From: Salisapilia sapeloensis CBS 127946
Taxonomy: Eukaryota > Protista > Oomycota
DNA length: 64,000 nt
Direction: 5' to 3'
NCBI GenBank assembly: GCA_023334545.1
Contig: JAADVB010000016.1
Span: 62,001-126,000 of the forward strand
The translations under genes and the position numbers were made by a program. Numbering within the stretch: position 1 is the first letter of the stretch; every line of letters begins with the position of its first letter. This document shows, piece after piece, positions 21,752 through 32,988 of this stretch. Under the pieces are notes generated by a model, which was given only the letters and a program-made list of their open reading frames with translations, ran no database searches and was not told the DNA's origin.

Positions 21752-22495
21752 TTATTTGCTCTGTACTTGCTGCTTCCACACTTCTGCACAGCGTAAGAGG
21801 AGACGCTGATTTTCGTCCAAGAACGACGCATTCTTATCTCGTGTCGCCTTCACTTCGTTCATCGGAACGACGTCGACTGCGACATACTCCCGTCCTAACT
21901 GATCCAATGCAGGTGGTGTACTCTGTTTCGCGACTTTCAATGGACTTTTATCGCTTGAGAATGCTGTTGACGCTGGACGCTTCTTCTTAGAAGCAAATCG
22001 CCTGGGCTTGGAGCTTGGAGCTGCTTTGACAGGCTCATCGACAATCAATTCGGTCGATGCTTTCTCGTCCTTTTCGACTAAAAGGTCCGAGAAGATGTCC
22101 ATATTTCCATCCCAACTCCACTTTGTCTTCCCTTTCTTACCTAAAGCTATCGTCCAATCTCAATCTCTACATTGAACATGTAGGAGACATTAATACGTAC
22201 GAACGTGCTCTCCATGAGCAGCAATGGAGATCGTGTCTGTCCATATATCATGTCTATCCGTGTACCCTATAAAGTGGACTCGGATCTTCTGGGTCGTACG
22301 ATCACATTTGATGATCTTTGCCTCGGCCCAAAGCATCTTGGCATCCTACTTGCATACTTATAAACACCATGTCGATTGTCGAGAACAAGATGATGGTACG
22401 AGAGCATCCAGCCTATACCCGACGCACTTGGCTTTAGTTGTCACTCCATTCTGTATTCGTTTCGAAGAATTCGATCCAGCTTTCTGCTTGCTCAT
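21752..22495 (-). CDS. Small Tudor-knot/chromo-barrel domain protein, 3 exons
   Basis: Removing two 54-nt GT-AG introns (22346-22399 and 22147-22200) gives MSKQKAG...GYRLDALDAKMLWAEAKIIKCDRTTQKIRVHFIGYTDRHDIW...HVPLGKKGKTKWSWDGN, in frame with ORF 21752-22102. Confidence 0.75.
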
Positions 22496-22723
22496 CTTGT
22501 CAAGTAGCGAGTACTTACGCCGACCAGATCACAATAGGGCGTTCCTGACCTAAATATATCGCAGGGTGTCTCGATTGGACATGCACTGACTTTCAGTATA
22601 ATCATACTTTATCAAAGTCTTATATTTGCTCATCTCGGCGGGAATTTGTACCTGATCGATAAGTACTCGCTTCTTCATCTTCTCTCCCGGGAATACTAGT
22701 GTTCATATTGTTCATACTAGAGT

Positions 22724-24260
22724 ATGAGTGGCAAGGTCTCGTCCTCTGGACCAGGTTCCATGTCCGCAGTGTCGAATGCAGACAGCAAAAGCACAGAACA
22801 GAAGGCTGATCAGAAACCTTTGGCGCCTATTTTTTCCATGAAGACACGGTCGAGGAGCGTCCGGCGAGCGCCACAGCGCATGGACCCGGATGACTACGAT
22901 GGGCCTCGAAGGAAGAAAGCTACACCACCTACAAAGGTGTCGAAACCAAAAGCCAGTCCGCGTAAGAAGCCAAAAGCTCCTCCGTCCAAATTAAAACAGC
23001 AGAAAATCACTTCTAGAGCGTCCGCAAGACCTCGTCGAAATGCAAAAGCAGGTCAAAATGGGAAGGAGCAAGGTCCGAAAGACATTACTGTGAAGGAAAA
23101 GACCGAGGGAATTGAAAATAGCAATCCAAACGATGAAAAATCAGTTGTAAAAGTCACTCCAGAGAAACCTACAGACGGGGTCCCTTCTCCTAAAGCCAAG
23201 AGACCAATATTAACTCGAGCTGCTTCCAAGGAAAAGGCTATTATTTCGCCATCTACCTCTGAAACAGCGAAAGACGAGTCGAAATCGACGCCGGAATCAT
23301 CGCAAAAGACGAAAACGCAGTCTGCTGCGCCTAAAAGTGCTCTTTCCAACCGTAAAAAAGCGTTGTGGAAAGCTGCTAGTGCATCAGCTGCTCCTACGCC
23401 GAAACCAAAGGCGGCATTAAAGCCGACACCAGCTGCACCGACCATCTACAAGTCACCAACAATCGCCAGTTCTCCTTTAAAACGCAAGGACGATCGACCG
23501 AAGAAGTCGTCTCCTGCGCCGATAACGCCACCAGCCAAACCGCTTAAGCCTCGGTCGAAAAAGTCATCTCCGAATCCGGATGGACCACTCGCAGGTGTCG
23601 TCGCGGTCGTGGAAGTTCATGCAGGTAGTTTCAACGCTCAATTCGACTGCAGCGATGTCGTTGCAAAGAAGATGGAGACACTAGGTGCAGTTGTGATCAG
23701 TCGGTTAATGGACAGCGTCACGCATGTCGTGATTAGCCACTTGACACCTAAGTGGCGAGATAAGTTAGCCAAGTACCAATCGTCGTTCAAGTATCTTGTA
23801 CGCAAGCGAGTGGATGAACGAGCAGATATTCAAGTGGTGAACGAACTGTGGGTACATAACTGTAGTCTTCAGAATAAGTGGCTAGATGAGAAACTCTTCT
23901 TCCCATTAAGCCAAGAGGAGATTGAGAAAAATAATCATCTCCGGATGACACCACCCAAGGTCGAGGCCACGACAGCAGAGATGGAGAAGAAGAGTAGTAT
24001 AAGTCCAGTGAATGATTCTGTCGAAAAAAGTAAAGATAAGGGAACGCCAAGAGGAGATAGGAAGAGGAGGAGGTCGCTCCAGAATGATCCTGCTGCAACC
24101 TTTATCCAGAGCAAACTCCCGACGAAAGACTTTGCAAAGTCGACAGAGGTACCTTTCTATTATTATTCGAGGGGCTGTAAAAGTACTAATTGTCGTATAG
24201 AAAGCCAAGTTGGAAGCGACATCGCCATTTAAACGGAGGAAGACTGCCCATGACTTATAA
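22724..24260 (+). CDS. BRCT-domain protein, microcephalin N-terminal BRCT-like, with Lys/Pro/Ser-rich disordered N-terminus
   Basis: VVAVVEVH...METLGAVVISRLMDSVTHVVI...VVNELWVHNCSLQNKWLDEKLFFP is a BRCT pattern. One terminal intron gives ...FKRRKTAHDL*. Confidence 0.75.
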
Positions 24261-24475
24261 TTTGATTGCATTTGGAGATAGAAATGATATGCAACTCCTG
24301 TTATTTGAATCTCTTGTCTTTTTATCCAGTCTAAGGGTCGTCGTACGGCATTTCTTCCAATCAAAACATCCGAAGCACACGTCCGTTAAGACTGACGTCA
24401 GTATCTCGTGAAGAGGCATAGATCACTGCAGTAGCCATTCGAATCTCGATTAGCTTCCTGGACGTTGAGCCCATC

Positions 24476-25937
24476 ATGCATCTATACTTGCTACCACTGA
24501 TCTTGCTATCGCTTTTATCCACGGATACTATTGCAACGAAAAGGTATTAGATACTTTCATCCTATTCCGATATCAGTCGTATATGAACTTGGTTGGGATG
24601 CTAGTGAACTGCGTCGACTCATCACGCTCTCGAGACATGGTAGCCGAGCTCCGAATGATGTCACGGAAACGATATGTCCTGGGAATCGAGCGAATCTAGA
24701 GTCTTACCAAGTTCCATTTGCCCAACTGACTGAAGTCGGCATGGCCCAGATGCATGACGTTGGAAGGCATATCCGAGAATACTACGTGGCGGATCGTCCA
24801 GATCTGACTTCGGATAAACTCCTACCGCCAACGTTCGATGGTCCTAACCATACCCACTTTGAGGCGTATTTCCGATCCGATGCAGAGGATAGGTGTGCCC
24901 AAAGTGCTGCTGCCTGCGGACATGGGCTGTATCCGGATGGAGCCGGGCCCCCTGGCTTCCCCAGTGTCCCTGTTCCTGTCACGATGCAGTTACTACAGAA
25001 TGAGCATGACTTTGCTGCTCCGAAAGGACCGTGTATGGCTACTCGAGACGCTGATCTCGAGGTCTATGCTAAGACGAGAGGAGAGGAGCTGTTGAAAGAG
25101 TATTCGGACGTGATTGATCGAGTTATGGCCCACTGTGGTGTGGACTTGGATGCTGTTCCGAAGCTCGATCCCACCGAAGACAAAGTCCTGGCGATTAAGG
25201 ACATTGCCGACATGTTCATCTTTGACGAAGATGAAGGTCTACCTCTCATGCCAGGTCTCACCTCGTCCGATCGAGACGACATTATCCAATTGGCATTCAC
25301 GAACCTCATGGAGAGATACTACTCGACGGATCGTATGGTCACGTACTGGGCAGGAGGCTTCCCGACGCTGCTTCTAGCTGGTTTGAACGGTGCAGCGACC
25401 CCGGATTCTCCCTCGGATCTAGACTACCGCTACCTGTCATACCACGGTCATCGTGAGATTATCCATGCCATTGGGAAGATGATCGGGATTGAGTTTGACT
25501 TTGATCATCAGCCATCGGCTTTAAACACTTCTTCACTACATCCCGGAACAACTGTCTTCTTTGAGCTACATGCTACTGAGAAGGAAGAGAACTACTTTGT
25601 CCGAACATTTGTCTGGTCTCCTCGATCTGAAAGAGAACAGGTGCATCTGTCCAAGTGTTCCGAATTGGACTGTCCGTTGGAAGAGTTTAACAGTATCATC
25701 ACGAACCACATCCAACGTACTGGAACGTGGCAACAGATCTGCAAATACAACAGCGAAGAAGATCACCAGAAAACCACGGTCGAAGGTGTAGATGTCACAT
25801 CTAGTGCATCATCTAACGCTATTATGCACTATGTTCTCATCACCATCGCTGCTGTGGTTGTCATCGTCGCTCTCATCTACGCGCTGATGTGGAAGAGAGC
25901 TCGTGACATGCGACGCCACTCATACAATTCCATCTAG
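24476..25937 (+). CDS. Membrane-anchored histidine acid phosphatase (lysosomal acid phosphatase-like), 2 exons
   Basis: Signal peptide MHLYLLPLILLSLLSTDTIA, RHGSRAP catalytic motif, RCAQSA, a C-terminal TM helix and a cytosolic tail ending in YNSI. Confidence 0.9.
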
Positions 25938-26008
25938 CACTTGTTCGCTACGATGACGACTAAATGGACATGAATGAACTGCTCGTGACCAAGGTTTCCA
26001 TTTTCGTT

Positions 26009-27370
26009 TTACGCTTGTAGTTTCCCAATCGTCTCCTTGATCTTACTTAAGTCCATCGCTTTTCCTTGCATGACTCCATTCTTCGCCTTCCCGCTCTTGG
26101 CCTTGATAGGTTCCAACGCCACCGCGCCGTGATCTTGGATGAAGGAAGACGGACCAGCCAAGACGAAGACACCGTCGCTCTTCAAGTTACCAGCAGTCAA
26201 GACATATGTCTTGCTGTCTTTAGCGTCTCCTACGCTCTTTAATACAGCTTGGAGGAACGCCGGGTCTCCGTCTGAACGGTGGTAATGCACCACTTGTTCG
26301 TCCTTAAGACGCAAATCTTTCCCGATGAACTCTGCAAGCTCCTTTTGCAATTGCTTGATGGCTTTTTGAGAAGCTTTCTGCGTCTGGAGTAGCTTGTCGA
26401 CGCGATTCGCATGTTCCGAGGGGCCAGACGTTAGTAGCTTTGTCATGCGCTGCTCTTGGTTAAACATACGAGCGAACTCGTTGTTCACACGGTTGCCGAC
26501 CACGAACCAGACACGTGAAGCACCTCGAGCAAACTCCACGTTCAAGATACGTAGAGACTAGAGTGCATATAGTTAGTATCAAATAGAAATAGATGAAAGG
26601 AAGGGATGAGAGTACCTGTAGCTGACCTAGGTTTTGCACGTGTGTACCACAGCAAGGATTCATGTCGATACCGTCGATGCAGACTACACGCATGACTGCC
26701 GGTCGTTCATTCTCGTCGAACTTGGCAGCAATCGCGTCCCATTCTGGCGTATCAGGAACGGCGAATTGAGGTTGCATGGAAGCACCAGAGACAATAGCTT
26801 CGTTAACATCGCTTTCGATCTTTTTCAACGTCTCAGACGGAATGATTTTCTTGGCTCCTGTGGTCGACACGAGCTCCACGTTGCATCGTTCGTCCCCGAA
26901 TGCCCAAGTCGAAGTATTGTACCCGTATTTATCAGCAATGGCACTGAGCAAGTGCTGGCCAGAGTGCTGCTGCATGTGATCGAATCGACGATCCCAATCG
27001 ACCGTTGCTGTCACACGTTGGCCGGTAGCAAAGGGAGACTCACCATTCCCAGCTACACGATGCAAACAGCGCCCGTCTTTCACATAGGCAGATTGAACGA
27101 CTTGATCGTCGATTTTGCCAGTATCACTCGGCTGTCCACCTCCTTCGGGGAAGATGACTATGACAAGGATGGAATTAGTACACTCGAACACCAGCTACTC
27201 CTTCCCAAAGTCCTACTCGTATCGGCTAATTCGACTTCATACTGCGGTCCCTCCGCCACAGCCGTGCAGCTAACGACTGTCGTTTCTATAGTCTTGATCG
27301 ATGAGTCCTTTTGGCATTGCAATGCCCCAGGAGGCGCCACATCTCCTTCCAACGGATACCTCGGTGCCAT
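26009..27370 (-). CDS. Free-standing alanyl-tRNA editing protein (AlaXp/AARSD1-like), 3 exons
   Basis: FPEGGGQPSDTG, Zn ligands HMQQHSGQH and CCGTH, and a C-terminal C-Ala/DHHA1-like region. Confidence 0.88.
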
Positions 27371-27559
27371 GAGATGTGTCCGTAAGAATTGAAACCTCGA
27401 AATGGGTACAAGCAATGACGCGTCCCTCGTCCGCACTTTTCTTTTGTATACTGAATTCAAGTAGGGGTTTCTATTGGACAGCATGTTTATGCCCCAAGCA
27501 GACCATTATCGAATCCATTCCTTCATATCCACATCTACCTTCGTTCAAAGACCACAACT

Positions 27560-29077
27560 ATGAGCAACCAAGGCGACGAAAACACTGTGAAAGAGTATCA
27601 GAAGAAGCACAAGAATGCTCCCTTCTTTAGTAAGCATCCACAAGGTTTTGGTGAAATGCAGTACATGGAACAGATCAAGATCGAGCGGACGTACGTCCTG
27701 CCAGTGCCGAACATTAACGATTGGCTTCCGGAAGAGCATTCGAATGCTAAAAACCAACGTACGATCGACGTCCAGGCAAACGATCCGGTCGAACGTAAAG
27801 CGACGTACAACAAGATCATGGGTGAAACGGATGTGATCATTGGGGACGTCCGTCGCCAAGCCGGACAAGAGCCCGTCTCTCGCGCTTACGTCCGTGCTGG
27901 GCCTCGCAAGTCACTCTTCTTTAACCCATTGAAAGTGAAAGCTGCCATCGTCACGTGTGGTGGCCTGTGTCCAGGCCTGAATAATGTCATTCGAGACATC
28001 ACGACGACGCTATGGAACATGTATGGTGTCCGAGAGATCTACGGTATCCGCATGGGTTTCGCTGGTTTCTACAACTGGGAGACGATGGACCAAAAGGAAG
28101 CTCCTTTGATGCTAACACCAGCATCCACTGCCAACATCCACCACTCTGGTGGTACCATCCTCGGCTCTAATCGTGGTGGCTTTGACCTGGACAAGATCAT
28201 CAAGTTCATGACCGACCGAGGTGTTAACCAGTTGTACGTCATTGGTGGAGACGGTACGCACCGAGCGGCAAATAAAATATCGGAAGAGTGCCGTAACCGA
28301 AAGCTACCGATCGCTGTCGCTGGTGTCCCTAAGACCATCGACAATGACGTCGATCTACTAGACCGTAGCTTTGGCTTTAACACTGCTGTTGAAGAAGCGC
28401 AGCGAGCCATTCGATCGGCCATGACGGAAGCCAAGGGTGTTCCGAATGGCATTGGTGTCGTGAAACTCATGGGCCGTAGTGCTGGGTTCATTGCCGCCCA
28501 CGCCACACTGTCCAGTGGTGACGTGAACCTGTGTTTGATTCCTGAGATTCCGATCGAGTTAGAAGGAAAAGGTAGTTGTCTTAGTCATTTGGAACGTGTA
28601 GTGGACGAGATGGGCCATGCAGTTGTGGTTGTGGCAGAAGGAGCTGGAGAGGAGTTGATGGGTTCGTCCACGATCGTGGATGCAGGTGGCAACAAGAAGC
28701 TGCCTGCGATCGGAGAGTTTATGAAAGTGAAGATCAAGGAGCACTTTGACTCGAAGCAAAAGGAGTGCACGGTCAAGTACATTGACCCGTCCTATATGAT
28801 CCGAAGTGTTCCGGCGAATGCTGGTGACAGTCTGTACTGTATGCTGCTAGGCCAGAATGCCGTGCATGGCGCCATGGCTGGGTACACGGGCTTTACGGTC
28901 GGACTAAGTGCGAATCGTGTCGTCTACTTCCCTATTACAGCTATTACGCAGAACTCGCCTCGTTGCATGGATCCGTTCGGACGTACGTGGGAACGTGTGC
29001 TGTGCCAGACGCGCCAGCCGAACACTGCTACGATCCCAGACTCCAAGGATGACACTCGTGCCAAGAGCTCGGACTAG
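27560..29077 (+). CDS. PFK: 6-phosphofructokinase, plant/trypanosomatid group-X type, probably ATP-dependent
   Basis: Intronless. TCGGLCPGLN, GGTILGSNRGG, GGDGT, PKTIDND, MGRSAGFIA and IDPSYMIRS motifs. Confidence 0.95.
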   Translation: MSNQGDENTVKEYQKKHKNAPFFSKHPQGFGEMQYMEQIKIERTYVLPVPNINDWLPEEHSNAKNQRTIDVQANDPVERKATYNKIMGETDVIIGDVRRQAGQEPVSRAYVRAGPRKSLFFNPLKVKAAIVTCGGLCPGLNNVIRDITTTLWNMYGVREIYGIRMGFAGFYNWETMDQKEAPLMLTPASTANIHHSGGTILGSNRGGFDLDKIIKFMTDRGVNQLYVIGGDGTHRAANKISEECRNRKLPIAVAGVPKTIDNDVDLLDRSFGFNTAVEEAQRAIRSAMTEAKGVPNGIGVVKLMGRSAGFIAAHATLSSGDVNLCLIPEIPIELEGKGSCLSHLERVVDEMGHAVVVVAEGAGEELMGSSTIVDAGGNKKLPAIGEFMKVKIKEHFDSKQKECTVKYIDPSYMIRSVPANAGDSLYCMLLGQNAVHGAMAGYTGFTVGLSANRVVYFPITAITQNSPRCMDPFGRTWERVLCQTRQPNTATIPDSKDDTRAKSSD

Positions 29078-29579
29078 GAGAATGCAAGAAATACATTGCT
29101 TCGATATAATTCTCCCATCCACTTCCTTCGTATCTTTCTCTTTCGTATTATTGTCTGAGGTATCACTCGTATGCGAATATCACAAATGGACGTATGATGA
29201 TCTACCATGACGATGAATCCTACTCGACTGCCAAGTTACCATGAACTACGAGAAAGATACTTTTCATAGCTATCGTCTAGTACGATTCAAACTATCTGAC
29301 GATCATGCAAGTGTCTACTAGATCCCTTGAATGACTCTTCAATATCTACAAGTGCATATTAACGCATGTAAGAAGCTCCAGTTCTGTCATCAGCAAGCTT
29401 GAAGATCTTATTCTCGTCTTCCTCCAGAAGGCTCTGCCACCCACATCTGATTGGTAGAAATCTTCCATATACATTTTCTAGTGCCCATGAGATAAGAGAC
29501 GACACGCCATAGAATCACTCGTCCGATTGATTGCATACACCCTCGGCACGTCACTTTCCCATCGACTTCAACGAGAGAC

Positions 29580-31079
29580 ATGTTCACCATGCAAACGCTA
29601 CGACGCATTTCCCAACGCTCGGCCGCACTATCACGTGGTATGGCAAATCTGACGGAAGAAACGTTCAATCCGAATGTCCTCCAAGCGCAGTACGCTGTTC
29701 GTGGACCACTCGTCCTACGTTCCGTCGACTACACGCGTCGATTGAATGAAGGAGACACCTCCCTTCCTTTCGATAAAGTCATCCCGTGCAACATTGGCAA
29801 CCCGCTCATCCTCAAGCAGCCTCCGATCGAGTTCCATCGACAGGTTCTCGCGCTGGTCAACTACCCGCAGCTGCTGGATCAGCCAGAGGTGACCAAACTC
29901 TTCCCACAGGACGCGATTGACCGTGCCAAGCACTATGTCGATAACATCCCTGGTGGCACTGGCGCCTATGGACATAGTAAGGGCGCCGAATGCATCCGCA
30001 AGGAGGTAGCAGACTTCCTCTACCGTCGTGACGGCCACGTCGCGGATCCGGAGAACATCTACTTGACGGACGGAGCCAGCCAAGGTGTCCACAACACCCT
30101 CCTGTCTCTCATTCGAGGTCCGGATGATGCGATTCTCGTTCCCATCCCGCAGTACCCTCTCTACTCGGCCGCCATTGCCTTGAACGGCGGCACGATGACC
30201 GGATATTACCTGGATGAGAGCAACAATTGGGGAATGGATATGAATGAACTAGCGAAATCCGTGAAAGAAGCTCGAGACCAGGGCAAGATGGTGCGTGCGC
30301 TAGCTGTTATCAACCCTGGCAACCCGACGGGACAGTGTCTCTCGGTCGATAACATGCAAGAGATCATTCGATTCTGCCAACGCGAGAACATTCTCATCAT
30401 GGCGGATGAAGTGTACCAAGAAAACGTGTATGCACAAGGCAAAGAGTTCGTCTCTTTCCGTAAGGTGCTGAAAGACATGGGATCCGAGTTTGAAGACGTG
30501 GAACTCATCTCCTTCCACTCTGTCTCGAAAGGATTCACGGGTGAATGTGGACGTCGTGGAGGGTACATGGAGCTTGTGCACATTAGCGATTGTGCCCGAG
30601 ACCAGTTCTACAAGCTCTTGAGTATCAACTTGTGCTCGAACGTTGACGGTCAGATCATGACAGCGCTTATGACGAACCCTCCAAAGGAAGGAGACGCGTC
30701 TTACGGTCGATACAAGGAACAAAAGGACAGTATCCTATCGTCTCTCAAACGCCGCGCAGTCAAGCTTGTGCAAGCGTTCAACGAACTCGAAGGCGTTACG
30801 TGCAACGAGACGGAAGGCGCCATGTACACGTTCCCTCAGATCACACTCCCACCCAAGGCCGTCGCGGCTGCCAAGGACGCAGGCATGGCCCCAGACGAGT
30901 TCTACTGCTCGGAGATGCTCGACACGACTGGTATCATCGTCGTCCCTGGCTCTGGCTTTGGTCAGCAAGAAGGTACGTACCACTTCCGATCGACCATCTT
31001 GCCGCCAGAGGAAGATGTGGACAACGTCATTGAAAAGACTGCGACGTTCCACGCGTCCTTCATGGACAAGTACAGATAA
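29580..31079 (+). CDS. GPT: Alanine aminotransferase (GPT/AlaAT), probably mitochondrial
   Basis: QYAVRG, CNIGNP, GAYGHSKG, PIPQYPLYSA, INPGNPTGQ, DEVYQENVY and SVSKGFTGECGRRGGY (PLP Lys) motifs. Intronless. Confidence 0.95.
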   Translation: MFTMQTLRRISQRSAALSRGMANLTEETFNPNVLQAQYAVRGPLVLRSVDYTRRLNEGDTSLPFDKVIPCNIGNPLILKQPPIEFHRQVLALVNYPQLLDQPEVTKLFPQDAIDRAKHYVDNIPGGTGAYGHSKGAECIRKEVADFLYRRDGHVADPENIYLTDGASQGVHNTLLSLIRGPDDAILVPIPQYPLYSAAIALNGGTMTGYYLDESNNWGMDMNELAKSVKEARDQGKMVRALAVINPGNPTGQCLSVDNMQEIIRFCQRENILIMADEVYQENVYAQGKEFVSFRKVLKDMGSEFEDVELISFHSVSKGFTGECGRRGGYMELVHISDCARDQFYKLLSINLCSNVDGQIMTALMTNPPKEGDASYGRYKEQKDSILSSLKRRAVKLVQAFNELEGVTCNETEGAMYTFPQITLPPKAVAAAKDAGMAPDEFYCSEMLDTTGIIVVPGSGFGQQEGTYHFRSTILPPEEDVDNVIEKTATFHASFMDKYR

Positions 31080-31129
31080 TTCCAACATGCGTACGAGCTT
31101 GACATCGTTCCATTCGTTCCTATAAATAC

Positions 31130-32970
31130 CTATCTCTTCCAATGCTTGGAGTGTTCTGCTAGCCACACGAGACCATGACAGAGCAGCGTTAAAACAAACG
31201 CCACGTCCGATCGAGACGTGCCTTCTGCACCTTGATGGAACATCCGCAGGAGACTCGCAGCGTACGACGGGAACGCCGGAATTTGATACACTGTTGCTAG
31301 CTGCGATCGGAAGGCTCTAGCTCGTTCAGCTCGCTCTAGTTCGCTCTGGACACTCTCTCGTCCTAGTTGTCGCAGCTCTTCAATCCGACACGCTGGCATC
31401 CGCTTGGCTTCGTCCAGTGCAATCGACAGGAGCAAGTCTGGATCGAACATGCAATTCTCAGCGTTCTTAATAGCCGCCAAGACGCTTTGAAAGTCATCTT
31501 GAGCGATTAAGACAGGCTCTAGGAGACGTAGGTGTGCCATGATAACCGGGAAGATGATGGAGGGACCTTGTGTCAAGAGCCAATCGAAGATACGGAACGT
31601 CGTGTCGCTCGGGAATGTCGTCGTGAATAGACAGAGGAGCCACTAGACATGTTGTTAGGATCGATTAAGTAGAAAATAGAGAGAGAAGGTACTTGTGAGC
31701 CTAAGAGTTCTAGAGGTACTTCTACTTCCGAGGTGAAAGTATCAAGTACAGGCAGATCTTCCGCAATAAGTTGTTTCAATACGAACAAATCGGTCTGTGT
31801 TTCGGACATGGAAGGAGCATAGTACCCAGGCACAAGGTCTTCGCAAACGACTGCTAAGAGCCAAAACGTCTGCTCTTCATCCATGAGGAGCAGTAGAAAA
31901 CCGACGATAAAGTTTAAGCCTTGACAGTACCCGATGCTCGGATTACGAAGTGAGTAGGCACGCAGGATGCGACGGAGCATAACACGTCCGTCCTGAGAGC
32001 AGATACGCGTGCCAGAGTGACCAAATGTACGATCTATGTCGAGTTCGATCTGTTTAAACAAGGAGGAATCCATCGCGTCGCATTGTTGCACGAGGTGGTG
32101 GTAGCTCCCAGTCTCCCCGACCTCTTTCCTCTTGTTCTCGGCACCAGACACGTGCATGTATATCCTCTGACGCCAGTGCATCGGTACACCACCTCTTGCT
32201 AGCTTCTTCACGAGCGACAGATTCGCCTGAAGATCTTCTGGTGTAGCGGAGGGAAAAGCAGCTTCCCACTGATCGATCCGACGCTGTTCTCGACAGTCAT
32301 AGTACGAACGCAAGTGTGCCCACTGTGTCTTTGCTGCTTCAGGGACGTTAAATCCAAACTGATCCGTCATGGGGACGTTGTAAATATTCTGCTGAAAGAG
32401 GTCTTCGATAGTAGCTTGATCGTCAAATGACTGCCATGCCTCCATCCATGCAGTCCGGATGCGAATTTCACCTGTAAAACAGTTCGGAAGGAGATACCAT
32501 TCGTCCGTGGCTGGACGAGATCTTTGCTTCAGTTTCGGTAGACTAATGACTAGAGTAGACAGGAGCTCATCGGAAGTGGAGGATGTAGGTGATGGCATGG
32601 TAGGAGGATGGATGGACTTGGCGTTCTGGACGACATTGTCGACGGGCAGCTCCTCTTCCACTTCACTCGATGATCGGTCTTTCGCGTCTGGAAACATGTC
32701 AAAGAAGAAGAATTTCTCGGAGTAGACTTGGATGTACAAGCTGCAATCATCTCCTTTCGTAGCAACGTCCAAGTGGACGGTATGTCGCCATGTAGGATCA
32801 CTCGTCGTGCTCACGGTGGCTGATCTAGATCTTCCATGATCTCCCTTTTCACCACCGATCACACTGGATAGAGATACTGTGCAGTAGGTATCTATGTTCT
32901 TCCGGCTACTCAAGTTTCTTGCGCCAACGACGTCTACGAACAACTGACGCCGTGCTACCATCTCTGGCAT
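31130..32970 (-). CDS. C2-domain plus TBC (Rab-GAP) protein, multi-exon
   Basis: N-terminal C2 domain (VDVVGARNL...DPTW...WYLL) and a TBC domain with IELDIDRTF (Arg finger) and GYCQGLNF (Gln finger). The C-terminal exon has a hydrophobic segment. Confidence 0.88.
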
Positions 32971-32988
32971 TATCAGATGTGGATTGTT

